Assembly (NCBI GenBank): GCA_963805625.1 | Contig: CAWDVE010000010.1 | Coordinates: 384,001-448,000 of the forward strand | Source of the DNA: an uncultured Candidatus Rokubacteria bacterium | GTDB taxonomy: Bacteria; Methylomirabilota; Methylomirabilia; Rokubacteriales; DASRDR01 | Length of the DNA: 64,000 nt | Direction: 5' to 3' | Shown: positions 1-10,076 of the stretch, piece after piece | Numbering within the stretch: the first letter of the stretch is position 1 | How the letters are laid out: each line of letters starts with the position of its first letter | Made by a program: the position numbers and the translations under genes | The notes under the pieces: generated by a model | The model's input: the letters and a program-made list of their open reading frames with translations, nothing else | The model's database searches: none | What the model was told of the DNA's origin: nothing

Positions 1-53
1 GTGAGAGGAACTGCCTTCCCGTTCTTGGGGCCGTACCGCTTCGCCTGTGCCAT
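1..53 (-). CDS. 5' end of an unidentified CDS running off the window edge (MAQAKRYGPKNGKAVPL...)
   Basis: ATG at 53 with GGAGG SD at 61-65 and a candidate promoter TTGACT-N18-TACGGT upstream; too short to assign a function. Confidence 0.6.
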   Translation of the reverse strand, partial: MAQAKRYGPKNGKAVPL

Positions 54-130
54 GTCATCGCCTCCGTCGAGATCGGTGGATCACCGGCGCCTCCGTGGCT
101 GCGGCGCCGCCTCAAGCTCTTGGTAGAATG

Positions 131-160
131 ACCGTAGCCTGACCCGTCGGGCGAAGTCAA
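131..160 (-). promoter_or_regulatory. sigma70-like promoter for the partial upstream gene
   Basis: TTGACT (160-155), N18, TACGGT (136-131). Confidence 0.45.
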
Positions 161-201
161 GATGCACCATTCATGCACTGAAATTTCTTGCAGGAGGAGC
201 C

Positions 202-1200
202 ATGCGGCGAGAGCGCGGCGTCCAGCCGGACGAGATCCGGCAGATGGTACGGTGCGTGCAGCTCTACTACCGCGCCCAGCGGCACCAGAACGAGATCGCC
301 CGCGAGCTGGGGCTCTCGTCCTCCAAGGTGTCGCGGCTCCTGAAGCGAGCCTTCGCCGAGGGCCTGGTCCGGGTCGAGATCGAGCTGCCGAAGCGGCCGA
401 GGCTCGAGGCGGCCCTCGTCGAGCGCTTCCGGCTGCGGGACGCCGTCGTGATCCCGCTCGGCGAGGTGCGCGAGCTGAAGGAGGATCTCGGGACGGCCGC
501 CGCCCGTTATTTCGAGAAGGTCGCCGCCGACGGCGCCCGCGTCGGCCTGTCGTGCGGCTACACCCTGTACCAGCTGATCCGAGCGCTGCGAGAGCGGCGG
601 TTTCGCGACCTCGAGCTCTACCCGCTGTCGGGCGAGAGCACGTTGCAGTTGGTCGATCTGTTCCCGAACACCCTGGTGGGCATGATGGCTGCCAAGTACC
701 GGCCGCACGTCCGCGCCTATGCCCTGCCCGTCCAGGTCCTCGGCTCCTTCGCGGCCGCTCAGCGCGAGCGGCGACGGCTGCTCCGGAAGGGCGAGGTGCG
801 GCGGATCTATGAGGCGGCGGCGGACGTCGACATCGTGCTCGTCGGGATCGGGATGATCGGTGAGGCGACGGCCGGGTTCTGCTCCGTGGCTGAGTTCTAC
901 GGGGTGAGTGTTCGGCGGCTCCGGGCGCTCGGCGTGGTGGGTGAGATCAACTACCACCCCTTCGACCGGGACGGGAAGCTGATCGACCGGAAGGAGCTGC
1001 GTCCCCTCACCCAGCGCGTCCTGGCCGTCCCACCCAGCCGGCTTCGTGAGCTCTCCGGCCAGTACGGGAAGCTGGTCATCGCGGTCGCGGGAGGCCCGGA
1101 CAAGCGGGAGGCGATCCTCGGCGCGATGCGCGGGCGCTTCGCGAACGTCCTGGTCACGGACGAGGACACCGCCGAGGCCCTGCTGTCCACGGCCGGCTAG
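202..1200 (+). CDS. SorC/DeoR/LsrR-family sugar-binding transcriptional regulator
   Basis: N-terminal HTH 'LYY..QNEIARELGLSSSKVSRLL', C-terminal sugar-binding domain 'VGIG..GVVGEI..AVAGGPDKREAI..LVTDE'; SD AGGAGG. Confidence 0.92.
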   Translation: MRRERGVQPDEIRQMVRCVQLYYRAQRHQNEIARELGLSSSKVSRLLKRAFAEGLVRVEIELPKRPRLEAALVERFRLRDAVVIPLGEVRELKEDLGTAAARYFEKVAADGARVGLSCGYTLYQLIRALRERRFRDLELYPLSGESTLQLVDLFPNTLVGMMAAKYRPHVRAYALPVQVLGSFAAAQRERRRLLRKGEVRRIYEAAADVDIVLVGIGMIGEATAGFCSVAEFYGVSVRRLRALGVVGEINYHPFDRDGKLIDRKELRPLTQRVLAVPPSRLRELSGQYGKLVIAVAGGPDKREAILGAMRGRFANVLVTDEDTAEALLSTAG

Positions 1201-1259
1201 CTGCGCGACGTCGCCGAAAGGCCGGGGCTTCCCGAGAACGTGACGCCTGCCCGGCGGGG

Positions 1260-2225
1260 CTAGGTCTCCTCGAAGATCCCCATCCGCCGGAACTTTGCGT
1301 AGCGCTGCTGGACGAGCTCGCTGGGCGAGAGCCGGACGAGCTCCCCGAACGCCGTGACGACCACGCTCTGGATCGCCTGCGCTGCGGCCGCCCAGTTGCG
1401 ATGGGCGCCGCCCGGGGGCTCCGGGATGACCCCGTCGATCACGCCGAGCTTGAGCAGGTCGGGCGCCGTGATGCGAAGGACCTCGGCGGCGTCCTTGGCG
1501 CGGCTCGCGTCCTCCCAGAGGATGGCGGCGCATCCCTCGGGCGAGATGACCGAGTAGATCGCGTGCTCGAGCATGAGAACCCGGTCGGCGACGGCAAGGG
1601 CCAGCGCCCCGCCGCTTCCCCCCTCCCCCGTCACCACCGCCACGATGGGTGTCGGGAGCCCCGCCATCTCCCGGAGGTTTCGCGCGATCGCCTCGGCCTG
1701 ACCCCTTTCCTCGGCGCCGACCCCAGGGTAGGCGCCGGGGGTGTCGATGAGGGTGAGGATCGGCTTCCGGAAGCGCGCGGCGAGGTGCATGAGGCGGAGC
1801 GCCTTCCGGTACCCTTCCGGCTGCGGCATGCCGAAGCTCCGGTGAAGCTTCTCCTCCGTGTCCCGGCCCTTCTGGTGGCCCACGACCACGATGGGGCGGC
1901 CGTCGAGGCGGCCCAGCCCTCCCACGATGGCGTGGTCGTCACCGAAGAGGCGATCGCCGTGGAGCTCGACGAAGTCCTCGGTGAGGAGGGGGATCAGGTC
2001 CAGGGTGTACGGTCGCCGCGGGTGGCGGGCGAGCTGGACACGTTGCCACGCCGTGAGCTTCCCGAAGACCTTGCGCTGGAGTCGCTGGAGCCGCTCCTCG
2101 AGCCGCGTCGCCTCCGCGTCGATCCCGGGCCGCCCCGAGCGGCGGAGGGTCTCGATGCGGCTTTCGAGTTCGAGGAGCGGACGCTCGAAGTCGAGCGCCT
2201 TCTCGAGATCGGCCGTCTCGGCCAC
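1260..2225 (-). CDS. accA: Acetyl-CoA carboxylase carboxyltransferase alpha subunit
   Basis: 'LDFERP..ARHPRRPY..LHGDR..GHQKGRDT..DTPGAYPG..GEGGSGGAL..ISPEGCAAILW'; start moved to GTG 2225. Confidence 0.97.
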   Translation of the reverse strand: MAETADLEKALDFERPLLELESRIETLRRSGRPGIDAEATRLEERLQRLQRKVFGKLTAWQRVQLARHPRRPYTLDLIPLLTEDFVELHGDRLFGDDHAIVGGLGRLDGRPIVVVGHQKGRDTEEKLHRSFGMPQPEGYRKALRLMHLAARFRKPILTLIDTPGAYPGVGAEERGQAEAIARNLREMAGLPTPIVAVVTGEGGSGGALALAVADRVLMLEHAIYSVISPEGCAAILWEDASRAKDAAEVLRITAPDLLKLGVIDGVIPEPPGGAHRNWAAAAQAIQSVVVTAFGELVRLSPSELVQQRYAKFRRMGIFEET

Positions 2226-2238
2226 CGAGGTCTCCCGG

Positions 2239-5200
2239 TCAGGCCTCGACGGTGACGCTCCCCGGACCCAGGAGCCCCTCCACGGCCTCGACGAAGGCCG
2301 CCGACGGGCGGACGCGCAGGGTCCGGGAGCGAACGTCGACCTCTGTCCCCTCCACGCGGAGGCGGAGCGCCAGCGGCACGGTCCCGCGGTGCGCCTCGCA
2401 GATCGCCCGGAGGGCCGGGAGGGGATCCGCGGCCCCATCCGAGGGAATGGCCACGCGGCATGCCCGGGGCAACGGCGACACGACGGCTCGCTCCTCCGTT
2501 TCGGCGGGGAGCGGCCGGACCTCGTCGGCGAGGAGTTTCCGGGCGGTCGACGTTCCCTCGACCTTCCCGCGAACTAGGAGCGGCGCGCCGCTCCGGAGGT
2601 GCGCCACGCTCTGCCGGAACAGCTCCGGGAAGATCGTGACGTCGATCGTGCCCTCGACGTCCTCGATGGTCGCGAATCCCATCCGGTTGCCATTCTTCGT
2701 GTTGATCTCGCGAAGCGCCGATACGAGCCCGCAGAGGAGGACCTTCGTGCCATCCTCGACCTGGGCGAGCTGCCCGGTGCCCACGACGCCCAGCCGCTGG
2801 GCGCGGTCCCAGACGCCCCGGAGCGGGTGGCCCGACAGGTAGAAGCCAAGAACCTCCTTCTCGTTGAGCAGGCGCTGCTCCGAGTCCCACTCGGCGATCG
2901 AGAGATCCAGAAGGTCGGGCTCGACGGCGGCGCCCTCGGCCGCTCCTCCCAGCAGGTCGAACATGGAGACCTGGTTCTGATCGCGCTCGCGCTGATGTCG
3001 CTGGCCTGCCTCGAAGGCGCCGTCCAGGGCGGCCATGAGCTGGGCCCGCGGGCGGGCCGACGAGTCGAAGGCGCCGGCCTTGACCAGGCTCTCCACGACC
3101 CGCCGGTTGACGAGCTGGAGGTCGAGCCGCCGGCAAAAGTCTGCCAGCGACACGAAGGCGCCGTGCTGCTCGCGGGAGGCGACAATGATCTCGATCGCCT
3201 TCTGGCCGAGGTTCTTGATCGCGCCGAGCCCGAACCGGATCGTCTCCCCGTCCACGGCGAAGGAGAAGCGGGAGACGTTGACGTCCGGCGGGAGCACGCC
3301 GATGCCCATGGCCCGGCACTCGTCCATGTGGACGACAACCTTGTCGGTGTTCGCCATCTCGGACGTGAGGAGCGCCGCCATGAACTCCACGGGGTAGTTC
3401 GCCTTGAAGTACGCCGTCTGGTACGCGACGATCCCGTAGGCGGTCGCGTGAGCCTTGTTGAAGCCGTAGCCCGCGAACTTCTCCATCAGCTCGAAGACCC
3501 GCTCGGCGACCTTCTCCTTGACGCCGCGTCCCTTGGCCCCTTCCAGGAACTTAGCCCGCTGCTCGGCCATGAGTGCGGGGATCTTCTTGCCCATCGCCTT
3601 TCGCAGGTCATCGGCCTCGCTCATCGAGAACCCGGCCATGTCGGCGGCGATCTTGAGCACCTGCTCCTGGTAGACCATGATCCCGTAGGTTTCCTGCAGA
3701 TGCTTCTCCATGACCGGGTGCTCGTACGTCGCTTTCACCCGCCCGTGGCGTCGCGCGATGAAGTCGGGGATCATCTCCATCGGGCCGGGCCGGTACAGCG
3801 CCACCATGGCGATGACGTCCTCCAGCCGCTCGGGCCGGAGCTGCCGAAGGGCATTGCGCATGCCCGTCGACTCGAGCTGGAACACCCCGAACGTTCGCGC
3901 GTCGGCGAGAAGCTGGTAGGTCTTGGCGTCGTCGAGCGGGATCCGTTCCGGATCGATCCGGAGCGACTGGCTCTCTTCGATGAGCCGCACCGTGTTGGCG
4001 ATCACCGTCAGCGTCCGGAGACCGAGGAAGTCCATCTTGAGGAGCCCGAGCTTCTCGATGGGTCCCATCGGGTACTGGGTGATGATCTCCTCGCTCTTGG
4101 GGTCACGGTAGAGTGGGACGTGCTCCATCAGCGGCTCGTCGGAGATCACCACACCCGCGGCGTGCTTGCCGGCGTGGCGGGCCAGACCCTCGAGCCGCTT
4201 GGCGATCTGCCAGAGCTCGGCGACCTCGGGCCGCCCCTTGACCGCCTCGGCCAAGGGTGGGCTCTGCTTGAAGGCGTCGTCCAATGTGATGTTGAGCGTG
4301 TCGGGGACGAGCTTCGCGATCTTGTCGACGTCTCCGAACGCCATGCCGAGGACGCGCCCGACGTCCCGGATGACCGCCTTCGCCTTGAGCACGTTGAAGG
4401 TGATGATCTGGGCCACTCGATCACGGCCGTACCGCTGGACCACGTACTCGATGACCTCGTCGCGCCGGTCGTCGGCGAAGTCGATGTCCATGTCGGGCAT
4501 GGACTTGCGGCCGGGGTTCAAGAATCGCTCGAAGACCAGCCCGTAACGCATCGGATCGACGGTCGTGATCCCGAGACAGTAGGCGACCAGGGACGCGGCC
4601 GCCGAGCCGCGGCCGGGTCCCACCGCGATGCCTCGGTCCTTCGCGTAGCGGATGAAGTCCCACACCACCAGGAAGTAGCCGGAGAACTGCATCTTCTGGA
4701 TGACGCCGAGTTCGTAGTCGAACCGGGCACGCGTCTCCGCCGACGGCTCCGGGTAATGCCGGTGGAGGCCAACCTCGGCCACCTCCCGGAGGTAGGAGTC
4801 CAGGGTCTGGCCGGCCGGCACGTCGTACCTCGGCAGGCGGAACTGGCCGAAGGTCAGCTCGAGGTCGCAGCGCTCGGCCACGGCGAGGGTGTTCGTGCAG
4901 GCCTCGGGCAGGTGCTCGAAGACCTTGCGCATCTCCTCGGCCGACTTGAGATAGAACTCCTCGGTGGCGAACTTCCACCGGTTGGGATCGGCGATCTTGG
5001 CCCCCGTCTGGAGGCAGAGGAGGACCTCGTGCGCGCGCGCGTCCGTCGCCTCGAGGTAGTGCGAGTCGTTGGTGCCGCACATTCCCACCCCGAGGGCGCG
5101 AGCGATGCGAATGGTCCCTTCGGTCACTCGGATCTGATCGGCGAGGCCGTGCGCCTGGATCTCCGTGAAGTAGTAGTCGCGGCCGAAGACGTCCGCGTAC

Positions 5201-5697
5201 CAGCCGGCGACCTCGAGCGCCTTCCGTTCCTCCCCGGCGAGGAGCAGCCGCGACACCTCGGAGTTGAGGCACCCGGACAGGATCAGGAGCCCCTCCGAGT
5301 GCTGGGCCAGAAGCTCCTTGTCCACCCGCGGCTTGTAGTAGAACCCCTCGAGGTATCCCTTCGAGACGAGCTTGATGAGGTTGCGGTAGCCCGCCTCGTT
5401 CCGGACGAGGGCGGTGACGTGGTTCGCGCCCTCGTACTGCCCATCGACAGGGGCGCGCTCGAACCGGCTGCCCGGGGCGATGTAGAGCTCGCAGCCGAGA
5501 ATCGGCTTGATGCCGGCGGCCCGCGCGTGCTGGTAGAAGTCGATCGCTCCGAACATGTTGCCGTGGTCGGTCAGCGCGATGGCCGGGAAGTCGAGCCCGG
5601 CGGCCCGCTCGACCAGCCGTTTGAGGCGCGCGGCGCCGTCGAGGAGACTGTACTCCGAGTGGACGTGGAGGTGGACGAAGTCGGCCTTGACCGTCAC
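2239..5697 (-). CDS. dnaE: DNA polymerase III alpha subunit
   Basis: PHP 'FVHLHVHSEYSLLDG', 'GPGRGSAA', catalytic 'PDMDIDF', 'KMDFLGL', 'YGFNKAH', OB fold; start GTG 5697; no intein seen. Confidence 0.98.
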   Translation of the reverse strand: MTVKADFVHLHVHSEYSLLDGAARLKRLVERAAGLDFPAIALTDHGNMFGAIDFYQHARAAGIKPILGCELYIAPGSRFERAPVDGQYEGANHVTALVRNEAGYRNLIKLVSKGYLEGFYYKPRVDKELLAQHSEGLLILSGCLNSEVSRLLLAGEERKALEVAGWYADVFGRDYYFTEIQAHGLADQIRVTEGTIRIARALGVGMCGTNDSHYLEATDARAHEVLLCLQTGAKIADPNRWKFATEEFYLKSAEEMRKVFEHLPEACTNTLAVAERCDLELTFGQFRLPRYDVPAGQTLDSYLREVAEVGLHRHYPEPSAETRARFDYELGVIQKMQFSGYFLVVWDFIRYAKDRGIAVGPGRGSAAASLVAYCLGITTVDPMRYGLVFERFLNPGRKSMPDMDIDFADDRRDEVIEYVVQRYGRDRVAQIITFNVLKAKAVIRDVGRVLGMAFGDVDKIAKLVPDTLNITLDDAFKQSPPLAEAVKGRPEVAELWQIAKRLEGLARHAGKHAAGVVISDEPLMEHVPLYRDPKSEEIITQYPMGPIEKLGLLKMDFLGLRTLTVIANTVRLIEESQSLRIDPERIPLDDAKTYQLLADARTFGVFQLESTGMRNALRQLRPERLEDVIAMVALYRPGPMEMIPDFIARRHGRVKATYEHPVMEKHLQETYGIMVYQEQVLKIAADMAGFSMSEADDLRKAMGKKIPALMAEQRAKFLEGAKGRGVKEKVAERVFELMEKFAGYGFNKAHATAYGIVAYQTAYFKANYPVEFMAALLTSEMANTDKVVVHMDECRAMGIGVLPPDVNVSRFSFAVDGETIRFGLGAIKNLGQKAIEIIVASREQHGAFVSLADFCRRLDLQLVNRRVVESLVKAGAFDSSARPRAQLMAALDGAFEAGQRHQRERDQNQVSMFDLLGGAAEGAAVEPDLLDLSIAEWDSEQRLLNEKEVLGFYLSGHPLRGVWDRAQRLGVVGTGQLAQVEDGTKVLLCGLVSALREINTKNGNRMGFATIEDVEGTIDVTIFPELFRQSVAHLRSGAPLLVRGKVEGTSTARKLLADEVRPLPAETEERAVVSPLPRACRVAIPSDGAADPLPALRAICEAHRGTVPLALRLRVEGTEVDVRSRTLRVRPSAAFVEAVEGLLGPGSVTVEA

Positions 5698-5704
5698 CGC
5701 GCCC

Positions 5705-6205
5705 TCAGCGCTTCCTGGAGCCGCCGGTGAGGAGCCCGAGCACCATCCCGAGCCCGCCGGGAATGCCGCTGAGGACCAGCAGCAGCGCACCGAACCGCGC
5801 CAGCCAGCTGAGGCTGTCGGTGGACCTCGGGCCCAGCGCCATGCCGGGAAGGATCCACGCCACGATCGGGTCGGCCGCGAGGAGAATCGGCTGGCCCACG
5901 TCGGGCGCGGCCGCAGCCAAGAGAAGGGCGTAGACGGAGGCGAACACACCGGGGGCCGCGAGCTTCAGCCAGAGCGGCTCCGGGTCGCCGAACATGTCGC
6001 GGAGGAGCATCAGCATGCCGATCGGCGTCACGATGTACGTGAGGAAGGAGTAGAGCGCCTGCCGGAGGTCTGAGTTGATCGCACGATCCAGGTAGGGCGC
6101 CCACTCCTCGGGCCTTTCGAGACCGACCATCAGCCAGTACCCGACCACCACCACGACCCAGAGCAGGCCTACTCCGACGCAGAGGCGCCCCAGCCGCTCC
6201 AGCAT
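5705..6205 (-). CDS. Hypothetical membrane protein (about 4 TM)
   Basis: ATG 6205; several hydrophobic stretches; fills the gap between the SPFH gene and dnaE. Confidence 0.7.
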   Translation of the reverse strand: MLERLGRLCVGVGLLWVVVVVGYWLMVGLERPEEWAPYLDRAINSDLRQALYSFLTYIVTPIGMLMLLRDMFGDPEPLWLKLAAPGVFASVYALLLAAAAPDVGQPILLAADPIVAWILPGMALGPRSTDSLSWLARFGALLLVLSGIPGGLGMVLGLLTGGSRKR

Positions 6206-6213
6206 CGGCGACG

Positions 6214-7188
6214 CTAGCGCCGCGTTCCGTCGCCCGCCCCGCCCCCGGTGGCCGGGAGCTGGACGAACGGAACCGAGTTGCCTCCGAACGTGTACTGCGG
6301 AAGGCGCCCATCCCACTTTGAGAGATACTGCTGCTGGATGAGCGTCTGGGTCAGCGAGGAGGAGACCCGGGCATTGTAGGCCGCCTCGGCGTCACCCTTG
6401 ATCCGGGTGGCCTCGGCCACACCCTTGGCCTCCTCCCGCGCGGCGTCTCCCCGGCCCTTGGCGGCCGCCGCGATGATCTCCGCCTGACGCTGGGCCTGAA
6501 TAAGCTCGTAGCGCTTCTGCTCGGCCTTCTGCTCCTCGATCTGCTTTGCCTCGATCGCCTTCTCGTAGTTCTGGTCGAATCGAATATTCGCCAGCGAGGC
6601 CTCCTTCAGCTCGACCCCGTACTTGGCGAGCCAGACGGTGAGGTCGCGCTGGATGTCCGCCTTGATCGCCGGACGGCGCAGGAGGATCTCGGCCGCGTTG
6701 TGCGTCGCGGTGTTCGCTTTCAGGACCTCCTGGGCCGCCGGATCGATGATCACCGACGAGTACTCGAGGCCGATCGACTTGTAGACCTCGGGCGCGCGGT
6801 CGGGATGGAGTCGATAGTTGAGGACCATCTCGACGTGAACGGCCTGGAGGTCCTTCGACGCCGCGTCGTACTTCGCCGAGTGCTTCCCCACCCGCCCGTC
6901 CATCACGACGACGTCGTAGAGCGGGTTCAGCACGATGTTGAGACCCTCGCGGAGGGGCGACGAGTCGACCTGCCCGAAGAGGACCTTCACGCCGACGTGG
7001 CCGGCCGGGATGATACGGAAGACCGAGAAGAACAGGATGACGGCGGGCACGCCGATCGCCAGGAGCAGGGCGATTCGGGGGGCGAAGGTACGCACCCCGG
7101 GCGGCAGGCCGTCGGCGCGCCGGCGCAGCGCCCCGTGGATGGCCAGCCCCGCCAGCAGGACGACCGCCGCGAAGACCAGCTTGCTCAT
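6214..7188 (-). CDS. SPFH/Band 7/prohibitin family membrane protein
   Basis: Two N-terminal TMs, 'IIPAGHVGVKVLFG', 'ASKDLQ', coiled coil 'YEKAIEAKQIEEQKAEQ', 'KWDGRLP'; SD GGAGAGG. Confidence 0.93.
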   Translation of the reverse strand: MSKLVFAAVVLLAGLAIHGALRRRADGLPPGVRTFAPRIALLLAIGVPAVILFFSVFRIIPAGHVGVKVLFGQVDSSPLREGLNIVLNPLYDVVVMDGRVGKHSAKYDAASKDLQAVHVEMVLNYRLHPDRAPEVYKSIGLEYSSVIIDPAAQEVLKANTATHNAAEILLRRPAIKADIQRDLTVWLAKYGVELKEASLANIRFDQNYEKAIEAKQIEEQKAEQKRYELIQAQRQAEIIAAAAKGRGDAAREEAKGVAEATRIKGDAEAAYNARVSSSLTQTLIQQQYLSKWDGRLPQYTFGGNSVPFVQLPATGGGAGDGTRR

Positions 7189-7219
7189 TGCTCTATCCTC
7201 TCCGACCGCGCGAGGGCGC

Positions 7220-8761
7220 TCACTCCCACTCGATGGTGCTCGGTGGCTTGGAGGAGACGTCGTAGACGACGCGGTTCACGCCCTTGACCTCGTTGATGAC
7301 CCGGGTCGAGATCCGGGCCAGCACCTCGTAGGGAAGCCGGGCCCAGTCCGCCGTCATGGCGTCCTGGCTGACGACGGCCCTGAGCGCGATGACCTGGGCA
7401 TACGTCCGGAAATCGCCCATCACGCCCACCGTCCGCACCGGGAGGAGCACGGCGAAGGCCTGCCAGAGCGCGCGGCCGAGGCCCGCGGTCTCGATCTCTT
7501 CCTGCACGATGGCGTCGGCGTCGCGGACCACTTCGAGCCGCTCCTCGGTCACCTCGCCCAGGATGCGCACGGCGAGACCCGGGCCCGGGAACGGCTGGCG
7601 CCAGACGATCTCTGGCGGCAGCCCGAGAAGCTCGCCGAGAACGCGCACCTCGTCCTTGAACAGCTCGCGCAGGGGCTCCACCAGCGCGAAGCGAAGGTCC
7701 GTCGGCAGCCCTCCGACGTTGTGGTGGGTCTTGATCGTCGCCGATGGACCCCGGAACGACGTGGATTCGATCACGTCAGGGTAGAGCGTGCCCTGGGCCA
7801 GGAACGGGATCGTCCCCAGCCGCTCCGCCTCCTCCTGGAAGACGGCGATGAACTCGGCGCCGATCAGCTTGCGCTTCTGCTCGGGGTCGGTCACGCTCCG
7901 GAGACGCTCCAGGAAGCGTGCGGCGGCGTCGACGTAGATGAGCCGCATCCCGAATCGGTCCTGGAAGGTCCGCCGTACGGCCTCCCCTTCCCCTTTTCGG
8001 AGGAGCCCGTTGTCTACGAAGACGCACTGAAGCTGGTCGCCGATCGCCCGGTGCACGAGCGCGGCCGTCACCGCCGAATCTACCCCGCCCGAGAGCGCGC
8101 ACAGCACGCGCGCGCGTCCCACCGCCGCCCGGACGGAGTCGACGGCCTGGTCGACGAAGGAGCTCATCGACCAGCCCGGCTTGAGCCCCGCGCCCTGGAA
8201 GAGGAAGTTTTCGAGGATGCGCTGACCCTGGGGCGTGTGAGCGACCTCGGGGTGGAACTGCACCGCGTAGAGCCGACGCGACGGCGCAGCCATCGCGGCG
8301 ACGGGGCTGTTCCTGGTGGTGGCCAGCGAGTGGAACCCCGGTGGAGGGGCGAGGACGGTGTCACCGTGGCTCATCCAGACCGTGATGCACCCGGTGGACG
8401 TGTCCGGGTGGACGCCCTCGAAGAGCAGATCCGGGCTCTCCAGGGCGACTTCGGCCCGTCCGTACTCCCGGTGGGAGCTCGGCTCCACCTTCCCGCCCAG
8501 GAGGAGGGCCATGGCCTGCATGCCGTAGCAGATACCGAGAACCGGCAGGCCCGCCTCGAGCAGCGCGGCAGGCGGCAGCGGCGCGTCCTCGTCGTAGACG
8601 CTGGCCGGGCCTCCCGAGAGGATGACGGCCTGGTGCGCGAGGATGCGTTCGAGAGGTGCCGTGGGCGGGAAGATCTCTGAATAGATCCCGGCTTCGCGGA
8701 TACGGCGGGCGATCAGCTGCGTGAACTGCGAGCCGTAGTCGACGACCGCAACCTTGTCCAT
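7220..8761 (-). CDS. guaA: GMP synthase (glutamine-hydrolysing)
   Basis: '[13 protein letters not shown]', 'GICYGMQ', 'QFHPEV', 'LSGGVDS', 'IKTHHNVGG', C-terminal 'KPPSTIEWE'. Confidence 0.98.
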   Translation of the reverse strand: MDKVAVVDYGSQFTQLIARRIREAGIYSEIFPPTAPLERILAHQAVILSGGPASVYDEDAPLPPAALLEAGLPVLGICYGMQAMALLLGGKVEPSSHREYGRAEVALESPDLLFEGVHPDTSTGCITVWMSHGDTVLAPPPGFHSLATTRNSPVAAMAAPSRRLYAVQFHPEVAHTPQGQRILENFLFQGAGLKPGWSMSSFVDQAVDSVRAAVGRARVLCALSGGVDSAVTAALVHRAIGDQLQCVFVDNGLLRKGEGEAVRRTFQDRFGMRLIYVDAAARFLERLRSVTDPEQKRKLIGAEFIAVFQEEAERLGTIPFLAQGTLYPDVIESTSFRGPSATIKTHHNVGGLPTDLRFALVEPLRELFKDEVRVLGELLGLPPEIVWRQPFPGPGLAVRILGEVTEERLEVVRDADAIVQEEIETAGLGRALWQAFAVLLPVRTVGVMGDFRTYAQVIALRAVVSQDAMTADWARLPYEVLARISTRVINEVKGVNRVVYDVSSKPPSTIEWE

Positions 8762-8810
8762 GGGTCGATCGCCTCCCGCGGCGCGGCTGGCAAGGGCCAC
8801 GGGCCCCGCG

Positions 8811-9971
8811 CTACTTGCCCATGCCGACGCGCTGTGCCTTCTGGAAGATCTTGCCCTCCGTCTTGATCGCCGGCGCGATGATGAGCTCGGTCATCTGGAG
8901 CTCGCGGATCGTCCGGGCTCCGACCGAGCCCATGCACGTCTTGAGGGCCCCTATCAGGTTCATCGTGCCGTCATCGGTGAACGCGGGCCCCGAGAGGATC
9001 TGTTCCAGGGTTCCGACGACACCCACCCGGATGCGCGTGCCACGGGGCAGGTTCGAGTGGGGCGTTGCCATCCCCCAGTGATACCCGCGTCCCGGCGCCT
9101 CGAGGGCTCGGGCGAACGCCGAGCCGATCATGACCGCATCGGCGCCCGACGCGAGCGCCTTGCAGATGTCGCCGCCGGTCGACATCCCCCCGTCGGTGAT
9201 GATGGGCACGTAGCGGCCGCTCTGCTTGTAGTAGAAGTCTCGCGCCGCCGCCGAGTCCGCCGTCGCCGTGACCTGAGGCACGCCGAGGCCGAGCACCTCG
9301 CGCGTCGTGCAGGCGGCACCGGGACCCACCCCGATCAGGAGCGCGTCGACTCCGGTCTGCATCAGCTCCAGGGTCGCCTCGTAGGTGACGCAGTTGCCGA
9401 CGATGAGCGGGATGGAGAGCTCCTGCTTGAGACGCCGGAAGTCGAGGGGCTCGTACTCGGTTGCGACGTGCCGAGCGGTCGACACTGTCGACTGGACGAT
9501 GAAGAAGTCGGCGCCGGCCTCCTCGGCGAGCTTCGCGAAGCGCAGAGCCCGCTGCGGGATGGCCGACACGATCACCGTCGCCCCGCCCTTCTTGATCTCG
9601 CTGACGCGCCGGTGGACCAGCTCTTCCTTGATCGGCTCGCCGTAGATGGACTGGATGATCCGCGTGGCCTCCTCGGCCGACGAGGAGATGATCTGCGCGA
9701 TGACCTCGTCGGGAGACTCGTAGCGCGTCTGGACGCCCTCGAGGTTCAGGACGGCCAGCCCGCCGAGGCGGCCCATCTCGATCGCGAAGCGCGCGTCGGT
9801 GACGCCGTCCATCGCCGCCGCGATGATCGGAAGCTCGATGCGCCGGCCGCAGAGCTCCCAGGCCACATCGACCTCGTTCGGGTTGACGGTGACGGTGCCC
9901 GGGACCAGGGCGATGTCGTCGAACCCATACGCGACCCGAGCCTTCCGTCCGCGCCCGACCCACATGCCCAT
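8811..9971 (-). CDS. guaB: GuaB3-type IMP dehydrogenase family protein (no CBS pair)
   Basis: '[12 protein letters not shown]', 'AAAMDGV', catalytic loop '[11 protein letters not shown]', 'DGG', 'HWGMATP..LPRGTRI'; adjacent to guaA. Confidence 0.9.
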   Translation of the reverse strand: MGMWVGRGRKARVAYGFDDIALVPGTVTVNPNEVDVAWELCGRRIELPIIAAAMDGVTDARFAIEMGRLGGLAVLNLEGVQTRYESPDEVIAQIISSSAEEATRIIQSIYGEPIKEELVHRRVSEIKKGGATVIVSAIPQRALRFAKLAEEAGADFFIVQSTVSTARHVATEYEPLDFRRLKQELSIPLIVGNCVTYEATLELMQTGVDALLIGVGPGAACTTREVLGLGVPQVTATADSAAARDFYYKQSGRYVPIITDGGMSTGGDICKALASGADAVMIGSAFARALEAPGRGYHWGMATPHSNLPRGTRIRVGVVGTLEQILSGPAFTDDGTMNLIGALKTCMGSVGARTIRELQMTELIIAPAIKTEGKIFQKAQRVGMGK

Positions 9972-9998
9972 GTCCTACCCTCCCTCGTCCGTCATCAC

Positions 9999-10045
9999 GC
10001 GCTACCCGTTGTGATCGTTTGCCGGTCCGCCACTAGATATTGGGA
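9999..10045. promoter_or_regulatory. Tandem NrdR-like boxes downstream of the guaB3 promoter
   Basis: CCACTAGATATTGGGA (10030-10045) and degenerate GCGCTACCCGTTGTGA (9999-10014), 31 bp apart; compared with the NrdR consensus acaCwAtATaTwGtg. Confidence 0.6.
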
Positions 10046-10046
10046 C

Positions 10047-10076
10047 AGTATAGGAGGCACGTCAAGCGCGTGTCAA
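10047..10076 (-). promoter_or_regulatory. sigma70 promoter of guaB3-guaA
   Basis: TTGACA (10076-10071), N18, TATACT (10052-10047). Confidence 0.8.

Noticed and set aside
2239-5697. Inteins in dnaE (also checked in nrdJ)
   Set aside because: Lengths are normal and conserved motifs are contiguous
2599-5730. 1043-aa plus-strand ORF (and similar ones at 11543-14407, 27134-30169, 60616-63621)
   Set aside because: Antisense shadows of dnaE, valS, rpoN/lptB and the RND genes; expected at high GC3 and lacking recognisable motifs
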